Source: Acutalibacteraceae bacterium (lineage in GTDB: Bacteria; Bacillota; Clostridia; Oscillospirales; Acutalibacteraceae). From it: 64,000 nucleotides of DNA. Under the pieces are notes generated by a model that saw nothing but the letters and a program-made list of their open reading frames with translations, did no database searches and was not told where the DNA came from. Every line of letters starts with the position of its first letter. The stretch's first letter is position 1. This document shows, piece after piece, positions 17,414 through 27,271 of this stretch. The stretch spans positions 1,756-65,755 of the forward strand of contig JAZLHL010000012.1 of assembly GCA_045616765.1 (NCBI GenBank). Direction: 5' to 3'. The translations under genes and the position numbers were made by a program.

Positions 17414-19789
17414 TTATTTTCCCGCAAGAATCACATCAAGGTTTGAGTAGTTGTTGTATTCCTCCAGCACTTTGACCGCATCAAGGTACGGCTTTGCGGC
17501 GCGGTTAAAGAACGCCTGCTTATCCATTTCCTTTTTGGAGTTTTTGCGTGCTTCTGCGCGTTTTTCCTTAACGGCGGTGATTTCTTTTTCTATGCTCTTT
17601 GCAAGGCTCTTGTCGCTCTCGCGTTTTTTCGCATAGAGGGCGGTAAGCTGAGCATCGCATTCATCCTCGTCATCAAAGTAACCCTCAAGCACGGCAATAT
17701 CGGGTTGAACAAACTCCGCAGCGCCGCTGAAATACTTGCGGCACGCCTTGCAGGCACTCTTTTTGTTTCTTGCGATTTCAAGCGCGAATTTTCTTTCGAG
17801 CTTTTCGTCCGCATTGGAGTGGGGCATTGCTTTTGCCGCCGCAAGTTCCCTGTTGATTTGCGCGATATCGCCGTTCTTAATACCGTCAAGTCCGGCATCC
17901 GCGATTTTGCGCTCGGCTTCCACCTTCATAATATACGGCTTTGTGGAATACTTGTTAAGCTCATCGCACACGAATTTTGCGATTTCGATTTCCTCATTAT
18001 GCGCCACGGCATCTTTGTATGCTTTTTTGGCTTGCTTGCGGGCATCCTTATCCCTTACCGAACGGTAGGATTTTTTATCGGCGCCAACGCGCTCTTTGCC
18101 GAAAAACTCGCGCGCGGTTTCGATAATGCCTTTTACTTCTTCGCGCGTTTCATTCTTTAATGCGCCGTTGGTATAGTCCTCGCTCATCGCTCTTATTTTG
18201 AGCACGCGCACTACCGATTTCTGTTTAAGCTCGTTGAAATCGTACCAGAAATACGGTATAACATTCAGCAGCGCACCGAATGCGGAGAATATTATGAGAA
18301 TATGCAGCAGGCTCAGAAGAATATTCGGGTCATACAGAGCGTTGTACGCATTTTCAAACGGATTCTGACCGTTTGCCGCCTGCTCGGTGAGAATTTCACC
18401 GACCGTTCTGTCGCCTATAAGTCTTGACAGAATATCGGGGTTCGAGGTGACCTCAAGAGCCTTTTCCCTTGTAAGTCCGCTTTTTTCATAAACCATGGGA
18501 AGAACGGAGGATGTGGCGAGCGTTATAACCGTGCCGATTGTACCGACTGCGGAGAACATACCGTCAATACGCTCGCCGGTTATGTACTGCTGGTAGTCGC
18601 GAATATCCGCCTGAATCGAGGGGCTGAGTATAAGCGCGAACGAACCCATAAATGCGTTGAGGTACAGGCAGCCGAGCACGAGCCATATTGTGAGCCCGCT
18701 TATTGACTGTGTTACGGGCAGCATAAGCAGTATGAACAGAATATTGAAAAGGTTCGTTACGACAAGGACTCTCTTTTTGCCCCATTTGCGAATAAGGAAC
18801 GGCGCGAGTATCATACCCCAGAGCGAGGCGTTGCCGTATATGGTAACGATTATTCCGTAAACATTGCCGTTGCACGAGCCGCCGTAGTTATAGAGCCAGT
18901 ACATAATATTTGAATACGAGCTTTCAAGGAAGCCTATCCAGCCTGCAAGGGAAATGATCCAGAAATATTTGTTTTTGGCAACGGCGCGCAGGGCGTCGGT
19001 AAATTTGATTTGAATAATATGCGTTCTCGCCTGAACGATTTTTTCCTCGGTATGTTTATATACGACAATGCAAAGCAGTATGCCGAACACCGTAAGTATG
19101 GGGTAAAGCAAGCGGTAAACTCTTATATCGGTCGAGTTTGTGTGGAACACATTCTGTGCGATAATAGGTGTAAACAGGTTCACAAGCGTGGGTGCAAGTG
19201 AATAAACTATGCTCTTTATAGATGAAACATCGGCGCGCTCCTGCGAATCGGGCGATATAACGTGAATAAGGTTTTCGTAAGCATCGTTGAAGAAATAATA
19301 GAAGAAGTGCAGCAGCAGGTTGAGCAGCAGGATTATTGCGCATTTAACAACATACGCCCTGCTTTCGCCGAACCATGTACCCTCACCGAACAGTGCGCCG
19401 AATTTATCATACGGGAACCACACCATAGCGGTGCAGATTATGGCAGTGGGTATTGCCATGGTGGCAATATACGGTCTGTATTTGCCGGCTTTGTTGCGGG
19501 TATTGTCTATAATATTTGCACGAATTCCCGTAAGCGGAATATTCGCGAGCACCGCTATGATATACATAACATACATATCGGTGGGGTCAACGCCCAGCGT
19601 GCTTGAAAGCAGCGTGTTGCCCATGGCAAGCAGGCACGCCGTGCCGAGCGTTATAATGCAGTATGCGCCTATGCCGCCGCCTGCGTACGCCGCTATCTCT
19701 TTAAATGTCATATAGCGGCCGGGCATCGGCTTTTTCCAGTAAAGCTTCACCTTGGAAATTCCGTCGGTGATTTTGGCTTTTATATCCAT
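17414..19789 (-). CDS. GPH/MFS-type (glycoside-pentoside-hexuronide-like) transporter with a roughly 280-aa hydrophilic C-terminal extension
   Basis: The N-terminus MDIKAKITDGISKVKLYWKKPMPGRYMTFKEIAAYAGGGIG and about 12 hydrophobic segments resemble MelB/GPH carriers. The last roughly 280 aa are K/E/A-rich and look like coiled coil. The start was trimmed to ATG 19789, which has a GGAGG RBS. Confidence 0.8.
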   Translation of the reverse strand: MDIKAKITDGISKVKLYWKKPMPGRYMTFKEIAAYAGGGIGAYCIITLGTACLLAMGNTLLSSTLGVDPTDMYVMYIIAVLANIPLTGIRANIIDNTRNKAGKYRPYIATMAIPTAIICTAMVWFPYDKFGALFGEGTWFGESRAYVVKCAIILLLNLLLHFFYYFFNDAYENLIHVISPDSQERADVSSIKSIVYSLAPTLVNLFTPIIAQNVFHTNSTDIRVYRLLYPILTVFGILLCIVVYKHTEEKIVQARTHIIQIKFTDALRAVAKNKYFWIISLAGWIGFLESSYSNIMYWLYNYGGSCNGNVYGIIVTIYGNASLWGMILAPFLIRKWGKKRVLVVTNLFNILFILLMLPVTQSISGLTIWLVLGCLYLNAFMGSFALILSPSIQADIRDYQQYITGERIDGMFSAVGTIGTVITLATSSVLPMVYEKSGLTREKALEVTSNPDILSRLIGDRTVGEILTEQAANGQNPFENAYNALYDPNILLSLLHILIIFSAFGALLNVIPYFWYDFNELKQKSVVRVLKIRAMSEDYTNGALKNETREEVKGIIETAREFFGKERVGADKKSYRSVRDKDARKQAKKAYKDAVAHNEEIEIAKFVCDELNKYSTKPYIMKVEAERKIADAGLDGIKNGDIAQINRELAAAKAMPHSNADEKLERKFALEIARNKKSACKACRKYFSGAAEFVQPDIAVLEGYFDDEDECDAQLTALYAKKRESDKSLAKSIEKEITAVKEKRAEARKNSKKEMDKQAFFNRAAKPYLDAVKVLEEYNNYSNLDVILAGK

Positions 19790-19986
19790 AGTCTTCCTCC
19801 GATTCAAGAATGTAAATTTATTTTATCACATTTGCAGCACAGATTATTGCACAAACCTTTCACTTAATTTTTGTAAAATTTATATAAAAAGCAGAATTTT
19901 CGGCATCACACAATCTTTTAGTTGCCAACAGTTTGTACGAGTGATATTATGTATTGGTAAAAAATCAAACTTCGTGAGGTATCGTT

Positions 19987-21300
19987 ATGATAAAAGTTCT
20001 CAAATTCGGCGGCAGTTCACTTGCCGATGCCGACCAGTTCAGAAAAGTAGCCGCTATAATCAAAGCCGAGCCCGAGCGCAGGTATGTTGTTGCTTCTGCC
20101 CCCGGCAAACGCTTTTCGGATGATATTAAAGTTACCGATATGCTTTACGACTGCTACACGCTCGTAAAGCAGAATATGCCCATAGATGACGCTTTCTCAA
20201 AAATCGAAGAACGCTACAACGGCATTATAAAAGATTTGGGCATCAGCTTCTGGCTTCAGCCGGAATTTGACAGAATCAAAAACGCAATCGTTCACCACGC
20301 AGGGCGTGACTATATCGCAAGCCGCGGCGAATATCTCAACTCAATGATTCTTGCAAACTACATCGGTTACGATTTCATTGATGCGGAATTCGGCATTTTC
20401 TTCAACGACAACGGCACGCTTGACACCGAAAAAACCAATGAGGAGCTTGCCGCACTTATGGCAAAGCACGAGCACGCGGTCATCCCCGGCTTTTACGGCG
20501 TTATGCCCAACGGCACCATAAAGACCTTCTCCCGCGGCGGCTCGGATATTACAGGCTCCATAGTTGCCCGCGCAATCAAGGCGGATATTTACGAAAACTG
20601 GACCGATGTAAGCGGTATGCTTATGGCTGACCCGCGCTGCGTTGAAAATCCGCAGGTCATTCCGCTTATCACTTACCGTGAGCTTCGCGAGCTTTCGTAT
20701 ATGGGCGCAACCGTTCTGCACGAGGATGCCGTGTTCCCCGTAAGGCAGGCAGGCATCCCCATAAATATCAGGAACACCAACAAGCCGGAGGATGCCGGCA
20801 CCATGATAGTTGAAAAGGCTCCGTCGAATAAGGTCGATACCGTTATCACCGGCATCGCAGGCAAAAAGGGCTTCTCGGTCATCGCCATTGAAAAGGATAT
20901 GATGAACTCCGAGGTCGGTTTCGGCAGACGCGTGCTTGAGGTACTTGAAAACAACGGACTTTGCTTTGAGCATCTGCCCTCGGGTATAGACACAATGTCT
21001 GTTGTGGTAAATGACAATGACCTTATGCCGAAAAAGGATGCAATTCTCAATGAACTGCAGCGTGTCACCAAGGCTGATTCCATAAACCTTTACGGCGGTA
21101 TCGCACTTGTGGCGGTAGTCGGCAGAGGTATGGCAGGCTCAAAAGGCACCGCAGGCAGAATTTTCAAAGCCATTGCCGACAACGGCATAAATATAAGAAT
21201 GATAGACCAGGGCTCAAGCGAGCTGAACATCATCGTCGGCGTGGATGCCGATGATTACATCAATACGCTTGATGCTATCTATCACGAATTTGTGAAATAA
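19987..21300 (+). CDS. Aspartate kinase
   Basis: The product begins MIKVLKFGGSSLADADQF...VVASAPGKRF and has a C-terminal ACT-like region. A GTGAGGT RBS is present. Confidence 0.9.
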   Translation: MIKVLKFGGSSLADADQFRKVAAIIKAEPERRYVVASAPGKRFSDDIKVTDMLYDCYTLVKQNMPIDDAFSKIEERYNGIIKDLGISFWLQPEFDRIKNAIVHHAGRDYIASRGEYLNSMILANYIGYDFIDAEFGIFFNDNGTLDTEKTNEELAALMAKHEHAVIPGFYGVMPNGTIKTFSRGGSDITGSIVARAIKADIYENWTDVSGMLMADPRCVENPQVIPLITYRELRELSYMGATVLHEDAVFPVRQAGIPINIRNTNKPEDAGTMIVEKAPSNKVDTVITGIAGKKGFSVIAIEKDMMNSEVGFGRRVLEVLENNGLCFEHLPSGIDTMSVVVNDNDLMPKKDAILNELQRVTKADSINLYGGIALVAVVGRGMAGSKGTAGRIFKAIADNGINIRMIDQGSSELNIIVGVDADDYINTLDAIYHEFVK

Positions 21301-21312
21301 ACCCGATTACGG

Positions 21313-21349
21313 CGCACCTTTGTAATTTTACACAAAGGTGCGTTTTTTT
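21313..21349 (+). terminator. Intrinsic terminator after aspartate kinase
   Basis: CGCACCTTTGT-loop-ACAAAGGTGCG followed by TTTTTTT. Confidence 0.85.
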
Positions 21350-21459
21350 ATTTGTGCAAGACTATACTATATATAAATTAAAAAACAGTTTACAAACGCG
21401 AAACACTTGTGCTATACTGTATGCGTATATATGTACCTTTCAGAAAGGATGGTATTTTT

Positions 21460-23310
21460 ATGTCAAACACCAAAAAAGTTCTTGCAGTAGTGCTTGCGGT
21501 CATTATGGCTGTCAGCTGCTTCGCACTTTCCGCTTCTGCGGTCAAGGCGTCGTACATCCCCTCCATAGTTGTACCCGGCGTTTTCCAGAGCGAAGTTTTC
21601 TGCTACGATGAAAACGGCAACATCGAGTGCAATTCCGACGGCGAGCCGCTTGAAAAGCCCTTCTTCCTGCCCTCCACAATGGATATTGTCGGCAAGGCGA
21701 TCACCGAGGCTCTTTCCCCGCTTGCGCTTTTACTCGCAAACCAGGAGGATAAAGACGAGCAGGCTGCCAACGCGGTTGCAAATGTGCTTGCCGATGTTCT
21801 TATGGATAAGCAGCAGCTTGATTCAGAGGGCCACTTCGTAAACGACATCAGAGCCACCAAGTACGATGTCAGCTACGCCGAGCTTTCCGAGCACGACCGT
21901 GAGTACATTATGAATGAGCTCCCCCTGCAGAAATTTGTTGATATTGCAGGCGAAGAAAATCTTTTCGTATTCTCTTATGCTTCATTCGGCAATATGCATG
22001 ACACCGCTTATGAGCTCTATGAGTTCATCGCTCATGTTAAAGAGATCACCGGCGCACCCAAGGTAAACATTGTTCCCATCAGCCAGGGCGGTTCGGTCGC
22101 AGTTGCTCTTTTACAGATTTATGCCGACGAAGGCAGATCCGTTGCAGAAGATATCCACAAGATCCTTTACATAGTTCCCGCACTTGACGGTGCTATGGTA
22201 CTCGGTGAAGTTTACGAGTTCGGTCTTATTGACGATGATGAGGAGCTTTACAAAAAGATGCTCCCCGCGCTTATGGGCAGCGATGAATGGTCAGCATACC
22301 TCATCAACCTTGTTCTTCGCATCTTCCCCAATGCAGACCTCAACAACATTCTCGACAAGGCTGTTGATGTTCTCATTTCCAAGTACATCGGCTACTCAAC
22401 ACTTATGTGGGGCCTTGTTCCGAGCGGCAACTATATAAATGAAAACGGCGGCGCCCGCGAGAAATACCTTATGGGCGAAGAATTCGATGCTATCCGCGAG
22501 CAGACCGACTGGTTCTATGATGCTCAGATTCACAGATTTGACAATATTCAGAAAGCTATCGACGACGGCGTTCAGGTTTTCGATATTGTTGACTACAATG
22601 TAAATATGTATGAAATCGTTGATTCGTGGGACGATGTAAATGCCGACGGCATTATCCACACCGATTCCGAATCAATGGGCGCTTACTCAAAGGGCGTTAA
22701 CATTGAGCTTCCCGCAGATTATGTTTGCAAAAACAACCACTGCACCTGCGGCAACCCCGCTTCGCACGCAGACCCCAACAACATTGTTGATGCCTGCGCA
22801 GGTCTTCTTCCCGAGCAGACCTTCTACTTCTTCAACCAGAACCACGAAAAGACCGCAAGCAACAACATCATAATGTTCCTTGCTGCCGACATACTCACCG
22901 ATGACGATTTCACAAGCGTTCATTCATATCCCGACAAATATCCGCAGTTCAATGTAGAGCGCAACTCCAAGGGCTTTATGAGAGATATCGCCAAGATGAA
23001 AGCGTATGACACCTCCGACCTTTCTCCCGAGCTTCAGAAAGAGCTTGCCGATGCTATTGATGCCGCAGATGCCGCAATCAACAACACCAATATGGCTCCC
23101 GAAGATTTCGAGAAAGCAAAGCAGGATTTCAACCTTGCTTGCGCAAAGGTTATGAACGGCGGCAAAGTTCCCGAGGTCAAGGCTGACAGCAGCTTTGATT
23201 TCAACAACATACTTGTTAAGATATTCAAGTTCATCAGCGACCTGTTCTTCTGGCTCTTCAGAGGCGACAGCATAGGTGAAATAATCGGCTGGGAATACCT
23301 TGAGTTCTAA
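21460..23310 (+). CDS. Exported alpha/beta-hydrolase (lipase/esterase-like) protein
   Basis: The signal peptide is MSNTKKVLAVVLAVIMAVSCFALSASA. A nucleophile-elbow-like VPISQGGSV is present. The C-terminal tail is hydrophobic/amphipathic (ILVKIFKFISDLFFWLF). The start was trimmed to ATG 21460. Confidence 0.65.
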   Translation: MSNTKKVLAVVLAVIMAVSCFALSASAVKASYIPSIVVPGVFQSEVFCYDENGNIECNSDGEPLEKPFFLPSTMDIVGKAITEALSPLALLLANQEDKDEQAANAVANVLADVLMDKQQLDSEGHFVNDIRATKYDVSYAELSEHDREYIMNELPLQKFVDIAGEENLFVFSYASFGNMHDTAYELYEFIAHVKEITGAPKVNIVPISQGGSVAVALLQIYADEGRSVAEDIHKILYIVPALDGAMVLGEVYEFGLIDDDEELYKKMLPALMGSDEWSAYLINLVLRIFPNADLNNILDKAVDVLISKYIGYSTLMWGLVPSGNYINENGGAREKYLMGEEFDAIREQTDWFYDAQIHRFDNIQKAIDDGVQVFDIVDYNVNMYEIVDSWDDVNADGIIHTDSESMGAYSKGVNIELPADYVCKNNHCTCGNPASHADPNNIVDACAGLLPEQTFYFFNQNHEKTASNNIIMFLAADILTDDDFTSVHSYPDKYPQFNVERNSKGFMRDIAKMKAYDTSDLSPELQKELADAIDAADAAINNTNMAPEDFEKAKQDFNLACAKVMNGGKVPEVKADSSFDFNNILVKIFKFISDLFFWLFRGDSIGEIIGWEYLEF

Positions 23311-23319
23311 GATACACTA

Positions 23320-23364
23320 AAACAACGAGCTGTAGAACAATGTTTTACAGCTCGTTGTTTTTTA
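23320..23364 (+). terminator. Intrinsic terminator
   Basis: AAACAACGAGCTGTA-loop-TACAGCTCGTTGTTT followed by TTT. Confidence 0.85.
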
Positions 23365-23392
23365 ATGAATAGTTTTAATGATGAATCAGAGA

Positions 23393-23495
23393 AAAACGGC
23401 TTCTGCGCCTACCATCAAGATTCGGATGCAGAAGACGGAATTACCGAGCGACCGCGTATGCAGATACGCCGAGTGAGGTAAAACGGCTTCTGCGC
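23393..23495. repeat. Small dispersed repeat element, family B (copy 2)
   Basis: AAAACGGCTTCTGCGCC occurs twice, at 23393-23409 and 23479-23495. The two copies flank an inverted GATGCAGAAGACGG. The layout matches 8959-9070. Confidence 0.6.
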
Positions 23496-23499
23496 CGAA

Positions 23500-24261
23500 T
23501 TATTTACCCAATAATTTATTCATAAGTCCCGGGTCATCAGTAATCAGCCCGTCAACGCCGCGCTTTATAAGGCGTTTCGCCACACGCTCGCTGTCAATGG
23601 TCCAGGGGTTTACCTGTATTCCCGCTTTGTGCGCGGCTTCTATATAATGCCTTGTGCAGTATATGTAATGCGGGTGAAGCGCATCGCAGTTTATCTCGCG
23701 GCAGAATTTTACGGGATTAAGTGAAATTTTGTAGGCAAGCTTTCTTTCGGGGCTGTATAAAATGCCCGTCTTGCAGCGCGGCTCTATTTTTTTGCACGCC
23801 ACAAGCAGTGCGGGGTCAAAGCTCGAAACAAGCAGCTTGTCAATCATACCGAATTCATTTACAGCTTTCAGCATTTTTTCCGCTATCTCGGTGCCGGCTT
23901 TTCCGGGCACCTCGCTTTTCAGCTCAATATCAAGCACCTTCATTTTGTCGCCCATTCTTGCACTGACTTCAAGGAATTCGTCAAGAGTGGGTATTTTTGT
24001 GCCTTCAAATTCGGGACCGCGGTATTTGCCGAAATCGTAACGGCGCAGCTCCTCAAAGGTCATATTTTTAATATAGCCCTTGCCGTCGGAGGTCGCATCA
24101 ATATTAAAATTGTGACAGACAACGGGAACGCCGTCTTTCGTAAGGTGAATATCGGTTTCAAACCCATCGCAGCCGATTTCAATTGATTTTTCAAACGCAA
24201 CTATGGTATTCTGCGGAGCGACCTTATTTGCACCGCGATGCGATATTACATTTATATCCAT
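23500..24261 (-). CDS. Glycerophosphodiester phosphodiesterase
   Basis: The product begins MDINVISHRGANKVAPQNTIVAF...GCDGFETDIHLTKDGVPVVCHN, the GDPD signature. Confidence 0.9.
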   Translation of the reverse strand: MDINVISHRGANKVAPQNTIVAFEKSIEIGCDGFETDIHLTKDGVPVVCHNFNIDATSDGKGYIKNMTFEELRRYDFGKYRGPEFEGTKIPTLDEFLEVSARMGDKMKVLDIELKSEVPGKAGTEIAEKMLKAVNEFGMIDKLLVSSFDPALLVACKKIEPRCKTGILYSPERKLAYKISLNPVKFCREINCDALHPHYIYCTRHYIEAAHKAGIQVNPWTIDSERVAKRLIKRGVDGLITDDPGLMNKLLGK

Positions 24262-24331
24262 TCCAACACACCTCAGCCGTTAAATTTCAAAGGGGCTGTA
24301 AAAAACAATGTTCATTACATCCCCCGATAAA

Positions 24332-25468
24332 TCACTTTTTGAACTTTTTATAATGCCTTATGCCGACTGCCGCCGCAGTGCCTATTGCCGCCGCACTGAC
24401 CGCAATAATCGCCGCCTTGGTTTTCACCATATCGTCGGCATCCCACATATAGGCGACCTCGTTAAAGAAACCGCCGCCGCAAATTTCATCGTATGAAAAG
24501 ACCTCGGTTTCGTAAGTGCCGGTAGCCTCGTCAATAACGAATACCCTAACGCCTTTTTTTCTGTCGCCGTAGCAGCGGAACGAGGCGCACGGAGTCTGAA
24601 TAAAATCTATGCCTTTATACGGCGCCTCAAAGCTGTTTACATGGTCGTGACCGAAAATCATCGCCTTGACATCGCCGCCCTCAAGCATTGCATCGAACTC
24701 GCCGTTATCTTCATCGCAGATGCTCGGGTACTCGCCTATTTCGCCGCGAATATTCTTGCCGGGTTTAAGCCTGAAAAACTTGCCGTCGCGTCCGGGAGCC
24801 GCGCCTTCTTTCCATATAGGGCACTCCTCAATAAGCTCCAGCTCCTCTTTAACGGGAATATGCTGAAACAAAAATGACGGAACGGGCTTGCCGCCGTTTG
24901 CCGCTTTAAGCTCGGCGCTTTTCTGCTTATACCAGTCCACCGCGCCTTTGGTTACGGCACAATGGCACTCTTTGGTTTCCTTATCCTGCCAGGCAGAGTC
25001 GAACATCCAGAGGTTGAATGCGACCTTACTGCCGTCGCTTGACATAATCGGGATATTGTAAGTAGCGCAATCGTAACAGTCGCCGCTGTCATAAGGGATA
25101 TTGCTGCTGTATTTTTTGAAAATATCCGCCTGCTCCTGCTTGGTGATATTGTTCATATCATCGTGATTGCCGAAAATCATCGCAAAGGGAATTTTGCGTT
25201 TTTCTATCGGCGCGCAGAGCTTATCTATCGCCTTTTCCATAATAGCGCGCTCGCCCTGCACATCGGTAACGACCTTGCGCGAGCCGAAGCGTGCATCGCA
25301 AAGGTGATTGCCGAGGATGTTATCGCCTGTGAGGGCAATAAAATCGGGCTTTATCATATCGTATGCAGTGTTGAGCATACGAATCATAGTGGGTCTTACC
25401 CAGTGCAGATCCTGCGCATCGGACACCTGCATAATGACGAACTTGCCGTCTCTGAATTTTAATTCCAT
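24332..25468 (-). CDS. Metallophosphoesterase with a C-terminal membrane anchor
   Basis: Motifs present are VSDAQDLH, TGDNILG, GNHDD and FGHDH. The C-terminal TM segment is AAIIAVSAAAIGTAAAVGI followed by KKFKK. The start was trimmed to ATG 25468, which has a GGAGAGAG RBS. Confidence 0.75.
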   Translation of the reverse strand: MELKFRDGKFVIMQVSDAQDLHWVRPTMIRMLNTAYDMIKPDFIALTGDNILGNHLCDARFGSRKVVTDVQGERAIMEKAIDKLCAPIEKRKIPFAMIFGNHDDMNNITKQEQADIFKKYSSNIPYDSGDCYDCATYNIPIMSSDGSKVAFNLWMFDSAWQDKETKECHCAVTKGAVDWYKQKSAELKAANGGKPVPSFLFQHIPVKEELELIEECPIWKEGAAPGRDGKFFRLKPGKNIRGEIGEYPSICDEDNGEFDAMLEGGDVKAMIFGHDHVNSFEAPYKGIDFIQTPCASFRCYGDRKKGVRVFVIDEATGTYETEVFSYDEICGGGFFNEVAYMWDADDMVKTKAAIIAVSAAAIGTAAAVGIRHYKKFKK

Positions 25469-25483
25469 ATCTCTCTCCACACA

Positions 25484-26836
25484 TTATAACGGTAAAAATG
25501 ATTTTGCAACCGCAAAGTAAACAAGCAGCGAAACCGCATCGACTATTGTTGTAATAAACGGGCTTGCCATTACTGCCGGGTCAAATTTGAGCTTTTTTGC
25601 GATTATGGGCAGCGTGCAGCCTATAAACTTTGCGCACACCACGGTGACGGCGAGCGTTGCCGCAACCACAAGCGCAACGGTGGTATTCACACCGTCCGAT
25701 TTCATAATCATACCGTCAATAAGCATAACCTTTGCGAAAGCCGCCACCGCAAGCGATGCGCCGCAAAGAATTGAAACGCGAAATTCTTTCCACATAACCT
25801 TTAATATATCGCCAACGGTTATATCGCCAACGGAAAGTCCGCGTATGATGGTAACGGATGCCTGACTGCCGGAATTACCGCCCGTATCCATAAGCATGGG
25901 GATAAATGCGGTAAGTATGACGAGCTTCGAGAGCGCATCCTCAAACGAAGAAATGATTATGCCCGTAAACGTGGCGGAAATCATCAGTAAAAGAAGCCAC
26001 GGAATACGGCTGCCCCAAATGCTCCACACGGAAGTTTTAAGGTAGGGCTTGTCGTTAGGCGTGATAGCCGCCATTTTCTGGAAGTCTTCCTCGGCTTCCT
26101 CCTGAATAACGTCGATAGCATCGTCAACGGTAACGATACCGACCATACAGTTTTCGTTATCTACGACGGGTAATGCGAGAAAATCGTATTTATTAAAGAG
26201 CTGCGCAACCTCTTCCTTATCGGCGTGAGTTTTAACGCTTATAAGGTTTTCCTCCATAACCTCGCTCACGAGCTTGTCGTCATCCTCGGTAAGCAGATCC
26301 TTAGCCGTGATTATGCCGAGCAGCTTATGCTTTTCAACAACATAGCAGCTGTTGACGGTTTCGGAGTGAACGCCCTTTGACTTAATGCTCTGTATTGCTG
26401 CACCAATCGTCATATTCGGAGTAAGCGAAACATACTCCAGCGTCATAATGCTGCCGGCGCTGTCCTCGGGGTAATTGAGCACGGCATTTATGGAGTTGCG
26501 CTTGCTGCCTGCGGCGGCGAGCATACGCTCCACAACATTTGCAGGCATTTCCTCGATAATGTCGACCGTATCGTCTATGAACATATCGTCCATAATATTC
26601 TTCAGTTCATTATCGGTAAAAGCTTCAAGGAGCACCTGCTCCTCCTCGGCTTCAAGGTAGGTGAACACCATTGCGGCGTTCTCCTTGGGAATAAGTCTGA
26701 AAAGAAGCACAAGCTCGCGCTCGCCGAACTCGGGCAGCAGAGCCGCCGTATCAACGGGGTTCATCGTGTCGAAAATGCTTTTAATTGCCTTGTACTGCTT
26801 TTCGGATAAAAGTCTTTCAAAAACTTCTTTGGTCAC
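25484..26836 (-). CDS. mgtE: Magnesium transporter MgtE
   Basis: The MgtE N-domain, CBS pair and TM domain (...FIPMLMDTGGNSGSQ...) are all present. The start is set to GTG 26836, 8 nt after an AGGAGG RBS. The track ORF extension to 27001 lies in the leader. Confidence 0.9.
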   Translation of the reverse strand: MTKEVFERLLSEKQYKAIKSIFDTMNPVDTAALLPEFGERELVLLFRLIPKENAAMVFTYLEAEEEQVLLEAFTDNELKNIMDDMFIDDTVDIIEEMPANVVERMLAAAGSKRNSINAVLNYPEDSAGSIMTLEYVSLTPNMTIGAAIQSIKSKGVHSETVNSCYVVEKHKLLGIITAKDLLTEDDDKLVSEVMEENLISVKTHADKEEVAQLFNKYDFLALPVVDNENCMVGIVTVDDAIDVIQEEAEEDFQKMAAITPNDKPYLKTSVWSIWGSRIPWLLLLMISATFTGIIISSFEDALSKLVILTAFIPMLMDTGGNSGSQASVTIIRGLSVGDITVGDILKVMWKEFRVSILCGASLAVAAFAKVMLIDGMIMKSDGVNTTVALVVAATLAVTVVCAKFIGCTLPIIAKKLKFDPAVMASPFITTIVDAVSLLVYFAVAKSFLPL

Positions 26837-27235
26837 TGTCCATACCTCCTTTTTTGATAGCCGCAAAATGCGGCTCCTTGCGGGGGCGAATGCCCCACCG
26901 CGGCAAATGCCGACGGAACGCAGAGTAGGTACGGGTATTAAGAAAACAAAAAACCGAGCACACCGGGCACGAAACCGCACCCGCTTGCTCGCGGAAAACA
27001 CATAACTGCCGATAAAAGCAGGCCTTCATCGGTTTATATGCGCAACATAAACCGGAATAACAAAAATCATTCCGTCACGCAAAAATATGTGTGAACAGAC
27101 CTACGTTCCGGAGGCTGTTCTGTTCCGCTGATATTCGGATAATTGCTACTTCGCCCGTGTCCGCTGCTACTGCCGGATTCCATCTATCTGTCACACTCCT
27201 TATATTAGTATTGGCATTTCAAACGAAAATACCTG
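26837..27235 (-). promoter_or_regulatory. Roughly 400-nt structured 5' leader of mgtE containing an internal intrinsic terminator (candidate riboswitch/attenuator, class not recognised)
   Basis: Several hairpins are present. The terminator is GAGCA..CGGGUGC-loop-GUGCCCG..UGCUC followed by GGUUUUUUGUUUU, at about 26945-26993. That is roughly 110 nt before the start codon. Confidence 0.55.
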
Positions 27236-27242
27236 CATAGCT

Positions 27243-27271
27243 ATAATATACCTCAAATTGCAATTTGTCAA
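27243..27271 (-). promoter_or_regulatory. SigA-type promoter of mgtE
   Basis: On the minus strand: TTGACA (27271-27266), a 17-nt spacer, then TATTAT (27248-27243). Confidence 0.65.

Noticed and set aside
19808-19986. Expected lysine riboswitch (L-box) or T-box upstream of aspartate kinase
   Set aside because: The 180-nt region is AT-rich. It has no L-box conserved strings, no T-box sequence and no terminator.
26837-27001. N-terminal 55-aa extension of the mgtE ORF in the track (start at 27001)
   Set aside because: The extension is Arg-rich and spans the leader terminator. A GTG with a perfect AGGAGG RBS at 26836 gives a canonical-length MgtE.
27150-27185. CGCTGCTACTGCCGG, resembling the M-box core GCUGCUGCCC
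   Set aside because: It is on the plus strand, whereas mgtE and its leader are transcribed from the minus strand. The other M-box signature strings are absent. I treat it as coincidence.
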